Source: Spirochaetia bacterium (lineage in GTDB: Bacteria > Spirochaetota > Spirochaetia > CAKZLE01). Taken from it: a DNA stretch of 64,000 nucleotides. Location of the stretch: NCBI GenBank assembly GCA_963677595.1, contig OY782041.1, forward strand, positions 1,824,001 to 1,888,000, read 5' to 3'. Under the pieces are notes generated by a model that was not told the DNA's origin, ran no database searches, and worked only from the letters and a program-made list of their open reading frames with translations. This document shows, in pieces, positions 26,767-36,513 of the stretch (position 1 is the first letter of the stretch; each line of letters begins with the position of its first letter). The translations under genes were made by a program, and so were the position numbers.

Positions 26767-28077
26767 ATGAAGAAAGTTGGTGTTGTTCTATTAGTGACTG
26801 TCCTGTTGTTCGGGATGTCTGCAGCTTTGTTCGCGGGTGGTTCACAGGAAGAAACCGTAGAGAGTTATCCTTTGAAACTGACTGGCTGGAGTTATGAAGT
26901 AGACACGGTAAACAATAACCTTGAGTATTTCAGCGGACAGACTGGTATTGCGACTGAGGATTTCTATAACTATCCCAGTAATCAGTATCATGACAAACTG
27001 GTTACCAGCTTTGTGGCAGGTTCAGAGTTCGATGTGGTCTATGTGCGGGACTCATACCTGGCAGAATGGGCCAGTGCGGGTTGGATCGTCCCTATTGATT
27101 CGTTCCCTAGGATCGAAGATATAAAGAAGGATATCTCAAAAGGCGCCCTGGACCAGATGTCATATAAGGGTGAACTCTACGGACTGCCGTACTATGCCGG
27201 GCGCAGGATCATGGCTTATAATGAATCACACCTGAAGCAGGCAGGATTCTCTACACCGCCGAAAACCTGGGACGAACTCATCGAACAGGCTGAAGCGATC
27301 AAGGCCAAAGGGATAACGGAATATCCTATCATCCTGGATCTTAACAAGAGTGATAACATCCTCGAGTCATTCGAGCTTATGACCTTCGGGCATGGCGGAA
27401 GGTTGTTCGATGATAATAATGACCCATTATTCGATGGCGCTGATGACGGATTGAAGGTATCATTGGAGTTAGTCAAGCAGTATATCGGGGACCTGATCGA
27501 TCCCGCTTCGCTGGTTTCTACTGACCATGAGACTGTACGGGCCCTCAGTGCTGGAACAAGGACATTCACCTTTGTGTCCGACTATAATGTCAAGACGATG
27601 AATGATCCTGCAAGTTCTACCGTACCTGGTCAGATCAAGATGGCTCTCGTACCTGGTAATGGGACTCTTAAGAGCGGGAGTACCGGTCTGATCAGATTCT
27701 ATTCAATCACAAGTGATTGTAAAGACAAAGATTCTGCATATGAGCTGGTGAAATTCCTTGGCTACAAGGATAAGAACGGGGATTTCTATGTTGCAAAGAA
27801 ATGGGCCCTGGATTTTGGTCTCGGTTTTGTCCAGATCCCATTATTCAGCGATACGGATATCCAGGCAGAGATCGCAACCTGGGGAGACCCCAGTATCATG
27901 CAGGAGCAGGATGAGTATGTTGTTCCCAGATTCTATAGATTCACTCCCTGGTTCCAGGAATGGCAGACAGCTGCATGGGAAGACCTTCAGAAAGCCGTCA
28001 TGGGCGATGAGTCCATTGATTCTATTCTGGCAGGCATGGCAGATTCTGCTGCTGAGCTGAAAAAAGTATACGAATAA
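26767..28077 (+). CDS. Carbohydrate ABC transporter substrate-binding protein
   Basis: Signal peptide ending FAGGSQE; YGLP, YN...LKQAG...PPKTWDEL. Confidence 0.9.
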   Translation: MKKVGVVLLVTVLLFGMSAALFAGGSQEETVESYPLKLTGWSYEVDTVNNNLEYFSGQTGIATEDFYNYPSNQYHDKLVTSFVAGSEFDVVYVRDSYLAEWASAGWIVPIDSFPRIEDIKKDISKGALDQMSYKGELYGLPYYAGRRIMAYNESHLKQAGFSTPPKTWDELIEQAEAIKAKGITEYPIILDLNKSDNILESFELMTFGHGGRLFDDNNDPLFDGADDGLKVSLELVKQYIGDLIDPASLVSTDHETVRALSAGTRTFTFVSDYNVKTMNDPASSTVPGQIKMALVPGNGTLKSGSTGLIRFYSITSDCKDKDSAYELVKFLGYKDKNGDFYVAKKWALDFGLGFVQIPLFSDTDIQAEIATWGDPSIMQEQDEYVVPRFYRFTPWFQEWQTAAWEDLQKAVMGDESIDSILAGMADSAAELKKVYE

Positions 28078-28103
28078 TCAAAAGAAGAGGTTGATATACA
28101 ATC

Positions 28104-29000
28104 ATGGAAAAGAAAAGACTGACTTTGGAAACCAATGACGGTTTACTGGCCTTTGTACTGAATATACCGACATTGATATTTCTATTTTGCACGATGCTGT
28201 TCCCTATTGGCTATTCTCTGTATATCAGCCTCTTTGACCTTAACTACAAGCGTCCTTTCAGAAGGCCGTTTGTGGGACTGGGTAACTACGTTGACCTCCT
28301 GACTGATAATGATTTTCTCTCAACGCTTGGGCGGGCGGGGGTCTTCGTATTCATCTCTGTGGTACTGATCCTCTCACTTGGATTGCTCATAGCAAACCTG
28401 CTCAACCAGAGTTTCACGGGAAGAAGGCTGTTGAGGACGTTAGTCCTGATTCCCTGGGCGATTCCCCCGGTAGTGAATGGGATCATGTGGAAATATATCC
28501 TGGATGCAAGTTACGGTGCACTGAACAGTGTCCTGTTCAAGTTCGGTTTTATAGACAGTTATATATCCTTTCTCTCCGAACCTGGTACCGCATTTGCCTG
28601 GGTCGTATTTGCGAATGTATGGAAGAACCTGCCGTTCGCGACATTGCTTCTGCTGGCCGCACTCCAGACGATCCCTGGCGAACTGTATGAGTCCGCCCGG
28701 GTCGACGGGGCTTCGGTGGTGAGGCAATTCTTCTCGATAACCATACCGATGATCTCATCCGCGATCATGGTCGTGTTGATCTTCATGACGATGATAAGCC
28801 TGAGGGTCTTCGATGTCATCTATGTCATGACTTCAGGGGGGCCGGGCGATGCGACAACGGTTATTGGCTGGAACCTCTATAAAGAGTCGTTCCAGTTCCT
28901 GAATTTCGGTAAGGGAAGTGCGATCGGGTATATCATCACGATCATCACATTCTCCCTGGCAGCAGGCTACTATCGCTTATTCAAGAAAACGATCTATTAA
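28104..29000 (+). CDS. Carbohydrate ABC transporter permease
   Basis: FVGLGNY, LYESARVDGA, FDVIYVMTSGGP. Confidence 0.94.
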   Translation: MEKKRLTLETNDGLLAFVLNIPTLIFLFCTMLFPIGYSLYISLFDLNYKRPFRRPFVGLGNYVDLLTDNDFLSTLGRAGVFVFISVVLILSLGLLIANLLNQSFTGRRLLRTLVLIPWAIPPVVNGIMWKYILDASYGALNSVLFKFGFIDSYISFLSEPGTAFAWVVFANVWKNLPFATLLLLAALQTIPGELYESARVDGASVVRQFFSITIPMISSAIMVVLIFMTMISLRVFDVIYVMTSGGPGDATTVIGWNLYKESFQFLNFGKGSAIGYIITIITFSLAAGYYRLFKKTIY

Positions 29001-29012
29001 GGACACCGGATT

Positions 29013-29906
29013 ATGAAAGATTCAAAGAAGAAAATTCTTATGTATGTGTTTGCCGTCCTCATTGCCTTGTTCTTCATCTCTCCCGTGGCATGGCTGGTAT
29101 CAGCCAGTCTCCAGAAGGAGAGTGATCTACTGAGTGTTCCCTCAAACTTCATACCTCGTGAGGTTAACGTTGATTCGTACCTGAAACTGCTGGCGGCAGA
29201 TTATTATGAGACGACCAAGGCGGAAGATTCCGGTGTGCGTTCCTATTCTGTTCCTAACCAGGCAAAACTGTATCCTGGAGCGATCCTGAACAGTTTCATT
29301 GTGAGTGTCTCTACCACACTGCTCTGTCTGCTTATTGGGTCATTGACTGCTTATTCCATCACACGGCTTAAGTTCAAGGGGCGTAATGTCCTGTTCTTCG
29401 GTATCCTTGGGAGCAGGATGGTCCCTTCGCTTTCCCTGGTGATCCCCTTCTTCATCCTGGCGAACAAATTGGGTATGACTGACAGAAAAGTCTGGTTGAT
29501 CCTGGTATACACCAGCTTCACGCTTCCGTATGTGACGTGGATGCTGCGGGGGTTCTTCGACTCCCTCCCCAGGGATCTTGAAGAGGCAGCAAGGATCGAC
29601 GGCTGCTCACGGGTCGCGACGATCTTCCGGATCATCTATCCGATGATCATTCCCGGGCTGATCGCTGCAGGTATCTTTGCTTTCATGCAGACCTGGAACG
29701 AGTTCTTCTATGCCCTCATCATGACGAATTCAGAAAAGGCTTTTACCGTACCGGTAGTTTCAGGGATGTTCGCATCGGAACTCGATATCGATTACTCCCT
29801 CATGATCACGTCCGGCGTATTGACCATGGTACCCCCAATCCTGTTTACCTTCATCTTCCAGAAGTATATCATGTCAGGACTCACCGAAGGCGGCGTCAAA
29901 GGATAG
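29013..29906 (+). CDS. Carbohydrate ABC transporter permease
   Basis: LEEAARIDGC, WNEFFYA, QKYIMSGLTEGGVKG. Confidence 0.94.
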   Translation: MKDSKKKILMYVFAVLIALFFISPVAWLVSASLQKESDLLSVPSNFIPREVNVDSYLKLLAADYYETTKAEDSGVRSYSVPNQAKLYPGAILNSFIVSVSTTLLCLLIGSLTAYSITRLKFKGRNVLFFGILGSRMVPSLSLVIPFFILANKLGMTDRKVWLILVYTSFTLPYVTWMLRGFFDSLPRDLEEAARIDGCSRVATIFRIIYPMIIPGLIAAGIFAFMQTWNEFFYALIMTNSEKAFTVPVVSGMFASELDIDYSLMITSGVLTMVPPILFTFIFQKYIMSGLTEGGVKG

Positions 29907-29909
29907 GTT

Positions 29910-31052
29910 ATGGGTAAGAAGGTAGTAATACAACATATTGAGAGAGCACTTGAACTGCCAGTGCTGAATCCCGGAGACTCCCTGCTGATAGGGGAGGATG
30001 GGACCATTGAAGCTGTCGGTTCCATTGAAGTGCCCCCAGACTGCACCACCATCGATGCCCGGGGCATGACACTCTCCCCAGGCTGGGTTGATATGCATAC
30101 CCATGTATTCGACGGGATCTGTGACATCGCTGTCGAGGCAGACAGGATCGGTCCTCGTCAGGGTGTCACGACGCTGGTGGATGCCGGCTCTGCCGGTCAT
30201 ATAACGTATCCCGGTTTCAGGAAGTATGTGATCGATTCCCACCCCTATGAGATCTTCTCGTTCCTGAACCTTGGCTCAGCCGGGATCATCAGGACCAATG
30301 TCATCGGAGATTATGAGACCGATGACTTCATCCAGCCGGAAGAGACGATCAAGTGCATCAACGAAAACCGGGACTTCATCAAGGGTGTGAAAGTCAGGGC
30401 CTGCTGTGTTGTCCTGAAGGGAAGGGATGTTGAGGTTGTGGAGCAGGCATCCCAAGTCGCGGTCGAGACAGGGCTTCCTCTGATGGTCCATGTCGGCGAG
30501 CCGAGACCGTACCTGAGTGATATCTTGAATGTGCTGCGTGAGGGTGATATCGTCACGCACTGTTTTCACGGCAAACCCGGCGGCCTGTTTAGTATGGATG
30601 ACCGGATGATGGAGGAAGCTCTTGCTGCACGGGAGAAAGGCGTCCTCTTCGATATCGGGCATGGCGGAGCCAGTTTCAGCTTCGATGTCGGGAAAAGAGC
30701 ACTCTCCATAGGATTCAAGCCCGATCTGATCAGTACCGATCTGCACCTTCACAACATCAATGGGCCGGTATTCAGCCAGGCGTTGACTATGTCGAAGATG
30801 CTTGCATTGGGTCTCCCTGAGGAAGAGATCATTCAGAAAGTAACGACAAAGCCTGCTGAGATCTTGAAGATCGAGGACCTGAAGCGGGATCCCATTGGCA
30901 AGAAGGCCCGATTCACCCTGTATTCCATACAGAGTAAACCAGTTGAGGTCTTCGATTCATCCGGGACCAAGATCAGTATAGAGAGGCAGTTCACACCGAA
31001 ATACACCGTTATTGGCACGCAAGATACCGCCTGCGGGAATGTGCTGATCTGA
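29910..31052 (+). CDS. Amidohydrolase/deacetylase (COG3964, dihydroorotase-like)
   Basis: PGWVDMHTH, GVTTLVDAGSAG, PLMVH, THCFHGK, DIGHGGASFSF, ISTDLH. Confidence 0.88.
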   Translation: MGKKVVIQHIERALELPVLNPGDSLLIGEDGTIEAVGSIEVPPDCTTIDARGMTLSPGWVDMHTHVFDGICDIAVEADRIGPRQGVTTLVDAGSAGHITYPGFRKYVIDSHPYEIFSFLNLGSAGIIRTNVIGDYETDDFIQPEETIKCINENRDFIKGVKVRACCVVLKGRDVEVVEQASQVAVETGLPLMVHVGEPRPYLSDILNVLREGDIVTHCFHGKPGGLFSMDDRMMEEALAAREKGVLFDIGHGGASFSFDVGKRALSIGFKPDLISTDLHLHNINGPVFSQALTMSKMLALGLPEEEIIQKVTTKPAEILKIEDLKRDPIGKKARFTLYSIQSKPVEVFDSSGTKISIERQFTPKYTVIGTQDTACGNVLI

Positions 31053-31072
31053 GAGGACAACCGCCGATGTAC

Positions 31073-32962
31073 TTAGAGGCGAGGTTTTTCCGATACGAGA
31101 CATTCCCTCAGGTATGACTGCAGGTTTGCATCGTGGCAGTAGATATAACAGCCCTTCATTGCCCTGGTCATCAGCACTTTATAGATGTTCTTCACGAGCT
31201 GGGTCAGCTCTTCAGGGCTGCCTTTGAGCCCCTTCTTCCCTGCGGTATCCTTGTAATCAGCCCATGAGGCAAAGAGCTTCATGGCTTTTGGATCGTACTG
31301 CAGGTCCTTCCCGATGAGGATGCCGATATAATCGAACTCCAAGCCCTGGGATGTATGGATACACCCGATCTGGTCAAGCCCGGAAGGGTCGATTGCCCAG
31401 GTTGTCCTGGAGTTCCGAGAGTTCCACGGCATCGAGAAGTCATGTTCTGCTATGACCACATCTTCGACTTCCCCTCCTGGATTCCCGTTCTTTGCGCTCG
31501 TCCATTTCCATGCATAGCCTGCAAGCATCCGGGCCTGGAGCCCTTCTTCTTCGTGGTTCTGTATCTTCCTGTAGACATCATGGGGAGAATCGCACAGTTC
31601 TACGGTGAACACACCGGGGTCCCAGGAGTCAAAGTTAGCCGTATCCTTGATCTGCAGGCTATGCTCAACCCAGTTGATATAACCCTGCATCCCGGAACAC
31701 CTGAACTGGATATCGAGGGTATGCTCGGATACAGCAGCCCCGAATCTTTTGGCTGCCTTCCTGATATTCCTGACATTCCCGATATCCTCCGGTCGTACCA
31801 GCTGGGTGTCATCGACGAAGAAGATGCTGTATCTGGACGCATTGATGATATCCTCTATCTGGTTCTCCCCGTAGTATTGGTAGGCTTTCCCGTTCTTGAG
31901 CCGGTGTGCCTCATCGACGATGATGACATCATACAGGTCTGCTGCAAGTCCATGGAATGAGGCAGAGCCGGAGATGATGGAACTCAAGACCATACGGTCA
32001 TGCAGGTCCTTTGACTTCTTCTTCAATCCTGCCTGCTGAAGTTTAGCACTCATCACATCCCTGAAGGCTGCATTCGGGGCGGCAAGGACGGTATGCTTCT
32101 GTTTCTTTAAAAACCCGTAGAGCAGGTTGAACGAGAGGACGGATTTCCCCGTCCCGGGTCCGCCATGTATGATCGTGACCTGTTTCCCTTCCGGTACCGG
32201 TCTGTTGAGAAACGATTCATAGAGGACTTTCTGTTCATCGATCAGGGTGAAGTAGGCATTACCCCGGAAGAGGGAGCCCACCGCATCGATGAGCTTGATG
32301 CTGGGTCGGATCTTCCCGTTCTCCACAGCATAGAGGATCTCCATCCCTTTGCCTTTACCCACATGGGATGAGAGGAAATCGGCCAAGGCATCGATATCTT
32401 CCTGGAAGAAGAGCGGGGAGTCCTTGAGGTACTGGGTATAGACTGTTTCAAGCAGTGGTTCCGGCTTCTTCCGGTCGTAATTGTGGAGGAATGCGCATGA
32501 GTGTGCATGAAGGTTCCCTGAATGGAACTCCTCATTGAAGTCATACAGAAATCGCTTGTAGCCGTAGGCTTGATACGAGGGGTGGGATGTCTCCTGTATG
32601 GACTTGTTCAGCAGGGTTCTGACAACCCCGTCCATCTGGGTCGATTCGGCTTCCTGCCACTGCTTCAGTTCCACAATGACGATATTCTTCTGATCTTCAG
32701 GACTCTCCCCGGTGATGATGAAGTCGACGCGCCTGCTCGTGTTCGGCAGGTTGTACTCGATGAGGATCCCGCAGTCATCGGAGAGTTCAGCATTGCTCAT
32801 GGCCAGCTGCATGCATTTCAGGGAATTTTCCCAGGCCCTCACCTCACCAGGGTGGGGCTTCCTGTGGAACACGGCTTCATACCGGTCCTGGATGGTTGAG
32901 GTCAACGTCAGATGGGACCCATCATACGTGAAGTCTTTGTAGGTGTTGCTGTAGAGGATCAT
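31073..32962 (-). CDS. DUF2075 (Schlafen group 3-like) SF1 helicase with N-terminal PD-(D/E)XK-like nuclease
   Basis: IEY...RVD...IVELKQW; Walker A GGPGTGKS; IIVDEAHRL; QFRC; IHTSQGLEFD; LMTRA. Confidence 0.85.
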   Translation of the reverse strand: MILYSNTYKDFTYDGSHLTLTSTIQDRYEAVFHRKPHPGEVRAWENSLKCMQLAMSNAELSDDCGILIEYNLPNTSRRVDFIITGESPEDQKNIVIVELKQWQEAESTQMDGVVRTLLNKSIQETSHPSYQAYGYKRFLYDFNEEFHSGNLHAHSCAFLHNYDRKKPEPLLETVYTQYLKDSPLFFQEDIDALADFLSSHVGKGKGMEILYAVENGKIRPSIKLIDAVGSLFRGNAYFTLIDEQKVLYESFLNRPVPEGKQVTIIHGGPGTGKSVLSFNLLYGFLKKQKHTVLAAPNAAFRDVMSAKLQQAGLKKKSKDLHDRMVLSSIISGSASFHGLAADLYDVIIVDEAHRLKNGKAYQYYGENQIEDIINASRYSIFFVDDTQLVRPEDIGNVRNIRKAAKRFGAAVSEHTLDIQFRCSGMQGYINWVEHSLQIKDTANFDSWDPGVFTVELCDSPHDVYRKIQNHEEEGLQARMLAGYAWKWTSAKNGNPGGEVEDVVIAEHDFSMPWNSRNSRTTWAIDPSGLDQIGCIHTSQGLEFDYIGILIGKDLQYDPKAMKLFASWADYKDTAGKKGLKGSPEELTQLVKNIYKVLMTRAMKGCYIYCHDANLQSYLRECLVSEKPRL

Positions 32963-33327
32963 GGCTTTCCGGTGGTATCACGTTCGCTGTATTTCACGAA
33001 ATCACCCTTGGAGAGTTCCACGGGGTATTTCTCCTCATTCTTTGCGAGTTTATCCAGCACGGCCTGTTCGATGTCTATATCGAGGAGGTCAGCGAAGCGG
33101 AGGAGATAGAGCATCGAATCAGCGAACTCCTCCCGAATCCGGGAGAATCGTGAACTGTCCCTGTCCAAGGCGATAGTCTCTTTATCAGTCATCCACTGGA
33201 AGATCTCGAGGAGTTCCGATACTTCCACGGACAGGGCGATAGCTACGTTCTTCGGGGTATGGTATCTGTCCCAATCACGTTCTGAGACAAACGAGCGGAA
33301 CTGTTTTTGAATCTGCGGTATGTCCAT
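32959..33327 (-). CDS. MazG-like nucleotide pyrophosphohydrolase (RS21-C6/DCTPP1-like)
   Basis: F..ERDW..YHTPKN, EVSELLE.FQW, EEFAD, KL.KN..KYP; 4-bp overlap with the DUF2075 gene. Confidence 0.9.
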   Translation of the reverse strand: MDIPQIQKQFRSFVSERDWDRYHTPKNVAIALSVEVSELLEIFQWMTDKETIALDRDSSRFSRIREEFADSMLYLLRFADLLDIDIEQAVLDKLAKNEEKYPVELSKGDFVKYSERDTTGKP

Positions 33328-33430
33328 TACTGTAATCCTCTACACTGGTGATCAGTTCATGGTACATCGTGAAGAGTGTTCAGTCTATAACTTATTGGGA
33401 AATTTCGGGATAAACCAGCAGTTGGGCTAA

Positions 33431-33453
33431 ACGGCTAGAGTCACGGCTAGAGT
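33431..33453. repeat. Short tandem duplication (11-mer x2)
   Basis: ACGGCTAGAGT-C-ACGGCTAGAGT. Confidence 0.6.
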
Positions 33454-33485
33454 GAGATAAATGAGGTATCCTTCTTGTTTGGTTC

Positions 33486-34937
33486 CTACAACTCCACCAC
33501 CTTGATCATATTTGTCCTACCCGGGCTCCCTACCGGAACCCTCGCGGTGATGACGATGGTGTCACCCTTCTTGACGAATCCCAGGGTCAGCAGGTAGTTC
33601 GGGGCGATCTCGAGCAGTTCATCAAGGGATCCCAGGTTCGGGATCTGGATCGGGGTGACGCCCCAGGAGAGGGCAAGCTGCTGGGAGGTCTGCCTGATGG
33701 GGGTGAATGCCACGATAGGGACTCCAGGCCTGAACTTGGATATAAGACGGGCTGATCCCCCTGAGTGGGTGAAGCAGACGATGAAGGCTGCCTTGATCTC
33801 CATAGCCAGTTCACGTGTAGCCACACCGACTGCCTCGGTAGTGCTCTTCTTCCGGTTGATCTCAACCTCTTCCCGGTTGAGACGCTGGTCGATGACCAGC
33901 CGGTGGTAGGAGACACTCGACTCGGTGTGGGAGATGATCCGCTTCATGATCTGGACTGCCCGCAGGGGGAACTCCCCCGCGGCAGTCTCCCCGGAGAGCA
34001 TGACGGCACTCGTCCCGTCAAGGATGGCGTTGGCGACATCCCCGGCTTCCGCACGAGTGGGCCGCGGGTTCTGGATCATCGACTCGAGCATCTGTGTTGC
34101 CGTGATCACGGGGATTCCTGCGGAATTACACTTGCTGATGATCGTCTTCTGGATGATCGGGACCTCCTCAGGGGAAGTCTCGACACCCAGGTCGCCCCTG
34201 GCGACCATGATGACGCTCGTCTCGGCAATGATCCCATCTATATCCCTGACAGCCTCCGGCTTCTCGATCTTGGAGATGATCGGGATCTCGCGGCCGTAGG
34301 TACGGTACATGAACTTCTTCAGCTCGATGACATCACGCGCGCTCCGTACGAAGGAGAGGGCGACGAAATCGAGCTCATTATCGAAGGCGAACCTGAGGTC
34401 AGCCTCGTCCTTCTTCGTGTAGGAGGAGAGGTGCTTCAGGGCGATGTTGGGAAGGTTCACCCCCTTCCTCGGCTTGATCGTGCCGCCGTCCACCACCTCT
34501 GTCGATATGGTCTTTCCCTCAACAGCGGTCACCTTCAGGGCGATGAGCCCGTCATCGATGAGGATCCTGTCCCCGGGGGAGACCTCCTCATGGAGATAGG
34601 GGTAGTCGATACTGATCATCTCTCTCGTGCCGGTGCAGGGCTCGGTGGTGATCTTCAGGGTCTCCCCGGTCGCTACCTCGATGGATTCCTCCTCGAGCTG
34701 GCCGATCCTGATCTTCGGCCCCTGCAGGTCCTGGAAGATGGCGAGAGGGGTATCGAGTTCTTCCGATGCCTGCCGTGCCCAGTCGACCGTCCGCTGGTGC
34801 TCGGCGGCATCACCATGGCTGAAGTTGAGCCGGATGACCCTGGCCCCGGCCATGATGATATCACGGATCATCTCATAACTGCGTGAAGCCGGGCCGATCG
34901 TGGCGACGATCTTGGCGTTGGTAGTAAGACTTTCCAT
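33486..34937 (-). CDS. pyk: Pyruvate kinase
   Basis: KIVATIGPAS, RLNFSHG, DLQGPKIR, IISKIEK, MVARGDLGVE, ATQMLESM, PTRAE, AVMLSGETA. Confidence 0.97.
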   Translation of the reverse strand: MESLTTNAKIVATIGPASRSYEMIRDIIMAGARVIRLNFSHGDAAEHQRTVDWARQASEELDTPLAIFQDLQGPKIRIGQLEEESIEVATGETLKITTEPCTGTREMISIDYPYLHEEVSPGDRILIDDGLIALKVTAVEGKTISTEVVDGGTIKPRKGVNLPNIALKHLSSYTKKDEADLRFAFDNELDFVALSFVRSARDVIELKKFMYRTYGREIPIISKIEKPEAVRDIDGIIAETSVIMVARGDLGVETSPEEVPIIQKTIISKCNSAGIPVITATQMLESMIQNPRPTRAEAGDVANAILDGTSAVMLSGETAAGEFPLRAVQIMKRIISHTESSVSYHRLVIDQRLNREEVEINRKKSTTEAVGVATRELAMEIKAAFIVCFTHSGGSARLISKFRPGVPIVAFTPIRQTSQQLALSWGVTPIQIPNLGSLDELLEIAPNYLLTLGFVKKGDTIVITARVPVGSPGRTNMIKVVEL

Positions 34938-35153
34938 ATGTCCCCCCTGATATCTATGATACGTCATATACCTGCTGCAGGCAATGAAAGGATACAGGTT
35001 CTCTATAGACAGTTTGTGAGGCAGGTATGAGATGTATGTGAAAAGGGGGGGAGGGTACTGTCTTATGATCGGCTATCAGAAGATATGCAGATATGTCATT
35101 CTCTATGCTATACTTACTACAGCATGATCATTCCGTTGCTATAGGAGGTGTCT

Positions 35154-35747
35154 ATGAAGAAGATCATCCTGCTGCTGTGTGTGACCCTGGTGTTTTGCGG
35201 TCCCGCCCTCTTTGCCGATGACGGCCTGTTCGTCGGTGTCTCGACCTCGTTCATGGATCCTTGGCTCAATTTGGAAGGACTCCTCAAGGTGATCACATTC
35301 CAGACGATTACCCCGGCAGAACTGGCGGAATACCTCAGTGAGGAGGCCTGGCAGGAGATTTACCTTGCAGCTGCCGTACGGTATGACTTGGGTATCTTCC
35401 AACTGCAGTCACGTTTCAGTGTACCTTCCGGGGTCATGATGATCCTTGCTGAGGAACCGGATGCGCTGTGGTTCCTCTGGAATGCCGGGGCAGGCCTGCA
35501 GTTTGATCTCGGGCCGGTAGGGCTCGGGGTGACCGGCGGGCCTTTACTCCTCTTCCTCTCCGGGGAGCCGAACTTCCTCTTCAACCTTGAGGCCAATGCC
35601 GACCTGAATATCGGGAACATAAAGGTGAGCAGCTACCTCGGGGCGAAGTGTCCCATTGGCTTCGAAGGGGCGAGCATCTTCAGCAACCCGCTGACAGAGT
35701 ACTGGTATCCCGAGGTCGGGGTATCATTGCTGTACCAATTCAACTGA
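35154..35747 (+). CDS. Exported hypothetical protein, possible small outer-membrane beta-barrel
   Basis: Signal peptide MKKIILLLC...ALFA; amphipathic beta segments; aromatic-rich C-terminus VGVSLLYQFN. Confidence 0.65.
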   Translation: MKKIILLLCVTLVFCGPALFADDGLFVGVSTSFMDPWLNLEGLLKVITFQTITPAELAEYLSEEAWQEIYLAAAVRYDLGIFQLQSRFSVPSGVMMILAEEPDALWFLWNAGAGLQFDLGPVGLGVTGGPLLLFLSGEPNFLFNLEANADLNIGNIKVSSYLGAKCPIGFEGASIFSNPLTEYWYPEVGVSLLYQFN

Positions 35748-35813
35748 CGAGCAGGCTCAGGTACTCCCTCTACCCGATGATCCAACCCTGATGAGTAGGG
35801 TTCCGGTGTGGTA
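35683..35813. repeat. Direct repeat copy A (~130 bp)
   Basis: Aligns with 36378-36513, including the identical run AGTACTGGTATCCCGAGGTCGGGGTATCATTGCTGTACCA. Confidence 0.9.
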
Positions 35814-35928
35814 TTCTTCCTCTCGGATACGATGGTTTTCGGGGCAGCGGCAAGATCCTGGCTTGCAGAATCCACAGCGTATATGGAAAATGGTTGTACG
35901 CTAAGCCAAATCCCTTGTAGGAGGTCCC

Positions 35929-36321
35929 ATGGAACTCAATCGTCTTGAACATGTAAACCTGAGAACCCGTGATATCGGGAGACTGGAAAGCTGGTATGCA
36001 GATATCCTCGGTCTAAAATCCGGGTACCGACCGCCTTTTACCACGATCGGCCGCTGGCTCTATACAGGGGAATACCCAATCGTACACCTCTTGGAGGTCC
36101 TGGATCAGGAACCCTGTGGGGACCCGACGAATGAACATTTTGCCCTCAGTGCTACAGGTCTGCAATCTATGATCAACAAGCTTACCGAAAGAGGGATTCC
36201 CTACCGAACGGTCCGAATCCCTGAGATCCGGTTCCTGCAGGTTCACCTCACCGACCCGGATGGGAATAACCTGCATGTTGATTTCCCTCCCGAAGAGGCC
36301 GATGCACTGGGATTGGAATAG
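35929..36321 (+). CDS. VOC/glyoxalase family protein
   Basis: LEHVNLRT..I.....WY..ILGL, EHFA, DPDGNNL; SD aggagg. Confidence 0.88.
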   Translation: MELNRLEHVNLRTRDIGRLESWYADILGLKSGYRPPFTTIGRWLYTGEYPIVHLLEVLDQEPCGDPTNEHFALSATGLQSMINKLTERGIPYRTVRIPEIRFLQVHLTDPDGNNLHVDFPPEEADALGLE

Positions 36322-36377
36322 AGTTTGAATTGTTTTATAGCTCCTTGTCTCACCGAATATCGGGAATAGTATGGTCT

Positions 36378-36513
36378 GCAACCCACTGATATAGTACTGG
36401 TATCCCGAGGTCGGGGTATCATTGCTGTACCAGCTCAACTGACGAGCAGGCTCAGGTATTCCCTCCACCCAATGATCCTGGTGAACCCTAATGAGTAGGG
36501 TTCCGGAGCGGTA
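36378..36513. repeat. Direct repeat copy B (~135 bp)
   Basis: See copy A; contains the intact 3' end of the AAA+ gene. Confidence 0.9.

Noticed and set aside
29910-31052. Dihydroorotase pyrC
   Set aside because: Motifs match the COG3964 deacetylase-like group; no pyrimidine biosynthesis context.
33520-33550. pyk C-terminal ITARVP in place of the usual ITAGVP
   Set aside because: Single-base difference outside the catalytic domain; cannot be told apart from a polymorphism or sequencing error.
35683-36513. CRISPR array, integron cassette or IS target-site duplication
   Set aside because: Only two long copies derived from coding sequence; no attC-like palindrome, terminal inverted repeats, cas genes or transposase.
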